A stretch of DNA of 64,000 nucleotides from Ascidiella aspersa (taxonomy: Eukaryota), in contig OZ004609.1 of assembly GCA_963924565.1 (NCBI GenBank), forward strand, positions 38,874,001-38,938,000, given 5' to 3'. Shown in pieces: positions 62,292-64,000 of this stretch (position 1 is the first letter of the stretch; each line of letters starts with the position of its first letter). A model generated the notes under the pieces. The model was not told the DNA's origin. It searched no databases and saw only the letters and a list, made by a program, of their open reading frames with translations. A program made the position numbers and the translations under genes.

Positions 62292-63386
62292 GACAAGTGT
62301 ACAACCAAAACCACACAAGTGTTGTTCCCGCACGTGTTTTGCGTAACCGGCTGCCGTGTACCCAACAACTTTAATCTTAAGCCATTTGCTTCTAAATTTG
62401 ATTGACAGCTTGTTGATATTATACGTCATCATCACTCAAGCATGACGCAAGTTCTGGCAACCGGTCGTTATTATAGACCGGTTTTGATTCTGAATCAAAG
62501 GATTCGTTAACATGTCCAATATTATCGTAGCCGATATCCAATGCCAAGCAGGACCGGATAAAGGAGAGCATTCAGAGGCCTATTGATCGTTTTTATTATG
62601 TTTATTGTTCTGTGGGTTTTAAGCACAATGAAAGAATGTTTATTGCCAATAAACAAGCGGCAAACGACAAACAGTACTTACACAGGTACTTACGATACAC
62701 AATAAATTACCTCGGTGTACGGTACGTAGCGATCTGACCACAGTGGAACTGCTATATTAACGATTTACAACATTTCTTATATAGCCTACATCGGACAGAT
62801 GTGAATAATTACTAATTCGTTAGAAAACGCGACACATAACACGACTTAGGGAATCGGCCATTCGATGAACAAATTATAAACAACGCGACGGGAAATTAAA
62901 GTGACAGCATGAGCGATTCAGCCGGCAAGCTGTTCATAGAATGGACAGAGTTTACGGGATCACAGAGTTCCAAGGAATTCGCTACAGTTCCAACCAAAAT
63001 TAACATAAAATAGGATTTTTGATTCACTTATCAAACAGATTCATAAGCAAAGCTGTTAAAAACTTTATAGCTGTCTATTTTTTTTCCAAAATCTCGAGTA
63101 CAGCTAAGGAATGCAACCTATTTTGGCCCATAGACGAAAGCATTTGGTTCCTTACTATTTAAAGCAGTGGTTCCCAACCTGGGGTCGGACCCCTTGGGGG
63201 TTCGTGGGAAAGCATTTGGGGGTCCGTGATTACCTTGATGAATTTTTGGACAAAACGAAAAGCGATCGTTTTACTTTCATTTCTGTCTTTAATTGCACAT
63301 GCGTCAAGCTTAAGCCAACGCATGTCGATTACTATCCAATCAGAATAGGCTCGTCTATTACGTAATAGAAAGCATGAGATTTACCT

Positions 63387-63770
63387 CAGGGGTCGGCAAC
63401 CTACAGTCCGATCCGGCCCGCCGCCTCTTTGACAAACTAGACATGAGCCCATTTCAAATAGGCCTACTTTTTGACTATTTGAACCACGTAAGTGCGAAAA
63501 ATTTCGCGCTTCGCTCAAATGATCTTTCTACGTCCAGTTCCTTTTCGTTTGATGCTGTCTTTTGAACTAGATTAGCGCTTCTTTGCCGTTGCGCCGTGGA
63601 AGGCTCCCCAGTGCGTCGCGAGTAAACGGAAAACGTAGCCTATTTACAAATATTGGGCCTATATTTTTGACCATTTTTTATTATTTATTTTCGGCAATGT
63701 AATAAAAACTTGAAATAAATTTAAAGTACACCAAAATAAAATCGTGCTCGCTACGCTCGCCAGGTGCCCC
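63387..63770. mobile_element. Truncated copy of the 47359-48042 MITE, preceded by another hAT end at ~63165
   Basis: caggggtcggcaacctac...cccgccgcctctttgacaaa is colinear with 47359-47730. Confidence 0.8.
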
Positions 63771-64000
63771 TGGGCATAAAAAGGTTAATAAACACTCACT
63801 AATAAAAGTTCTTGTGTTTCCTCAAAGTTAGGCCTACCATATGTCCTCTTTTAATAGGATTTGTCCTCTTAACTCAAGAAATGTGAATGATCCTCCGAGG
63901 ACGCTCAAAAATGCCAAAATATCCTTTTTTTCGCATTTCGAGTTATTGCTTATACTTTCAACAAGACTTTCAGACAGGATGTTGTATTTATTTCCAAAAA

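Overview
Eukaryotic, AT-rich, intron-rich animal DNA, probably an ascidian/tunicate (inferred from intron style and abundant TGACGTCA motifs, not proven). Most of the window (60482->11881, minus strand) is one complete giantin/GOLGB1 gene. I threaded it by hand as 44 phase-compatible GT-AG coding exons (~4,830 aa), with the giantin N-terminal motif, two QRKLKA(A/S)L(L/V)SRK motifs and the C-terminal YxxxxH tail anchor. The left 10 kb carries innate-immune-type genes on the plus strand: an intronless C-type-lectin-like type I membrane receptor with a tyrosine-motif tail, a six-exon secreted fibrinogen-related (FReD) gene, and an intact upstream duplicate of two FReD exons. Introns hold many hAT-type and foldback MITEs, tRNA-derived repeats and a 21-bp minisatellite. 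The most unusual signals are: (1) a circularly permuted, tRNA-containing retroelement with a Penelope-like insertion structure; (2) a separate TSD-flanked insert carrying a minimal hammerhead ribozyme; (3) candidate regulated splicing that could split giantin into a soluble N-terminal form and an anchored form; (4) many RFX X-box and CRE motifs in or beside coding exons; (5) a minisatellite made of a likely branch-point motif. All exon calls come from manual reading without transcript data.
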